The position numbers were made by a program, and so were the translations under genes. 64,000 nucleotides of DNA from contig CM052816.1 of NCBI GenBank assembly GCA_028534125.1, positions 49,044,001 through 49,108,000 on the forward strand. The letters run 5' to 3'. Of this stretch, positions 63,861 through 64,000 are shown piece by piece (position 1 is the first letter of the stretch; the number at the start of each line of letters is the position of its first letter). The DNA is from Lama glama. Lineage: Eukaryota. The notes beneath the pieces were generated by a model. It was not told the DNA's origin. It ran no database searches and worked only from the letters and a program-made list of their open reading frames with translations.

Positions 63861-64000
63861 ATGGTCTTTATACTGGAGATATCTAATTACTGCATTTTGT
63901 TCCATTGATTGTATACACTTCATTTTATTTATAATTCCTTCATTGCTGAACAGTTAAACTCTTTTTTTTCTCACTAAAATAAATAGTAAAGCTGTGATTG

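Noticed and set aside
1..64000. CpG island, promoter, tRNA/rRNA genes, or host-gene strand inferred from L1 orientation
   Set aside because: No CpG-rich region or structural RNA other than the U6 fragment was seen. L1 copies occur in both orientations, so no transcription-strand bias can be inferred.

Overview
AT-rich, CpG-depleted mammalian DNA with no recognisable protein-coding gene. A large part of it is layered, decayed transposons: L1 (ancient L1M families plus one younger ~2 kb copy), L2, MIR, MaLR/ERVL/ERV1 LTRs and a hAT MITE. The 3' UTR of the young L1, with no Alu, B1, Bov-A, PRE1 or SINEC copies seen, points to a cetartiodactyl, most likely a camelid (inference from recalled consensus sequences). 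All ORFs in the track are spurious or L1 ORF2 remnants. I found no evidence of a new multi-gene system. The most informative signals are retrotransposition footprints read directly from the sequence: (1) a 25-nt tailless U6 retrocopy with a 16-bp TSD; (2) a solo LTR with a 6-bp TSD inserted inside one copy of an unusually long (~30 bp) L1 TSD; (3) a ~530-bp chimera of an intact L1 5' end, non-L1 sequence, AATAAA and an A-tail; (4) two tail-only insertions with TSDs. There are also several inverted repeats and a candidate micro-exon. Repeat family names come from memory of consensus sequences, not from a search. Boundaries of old elements are approximate (+/-50 bp or more).
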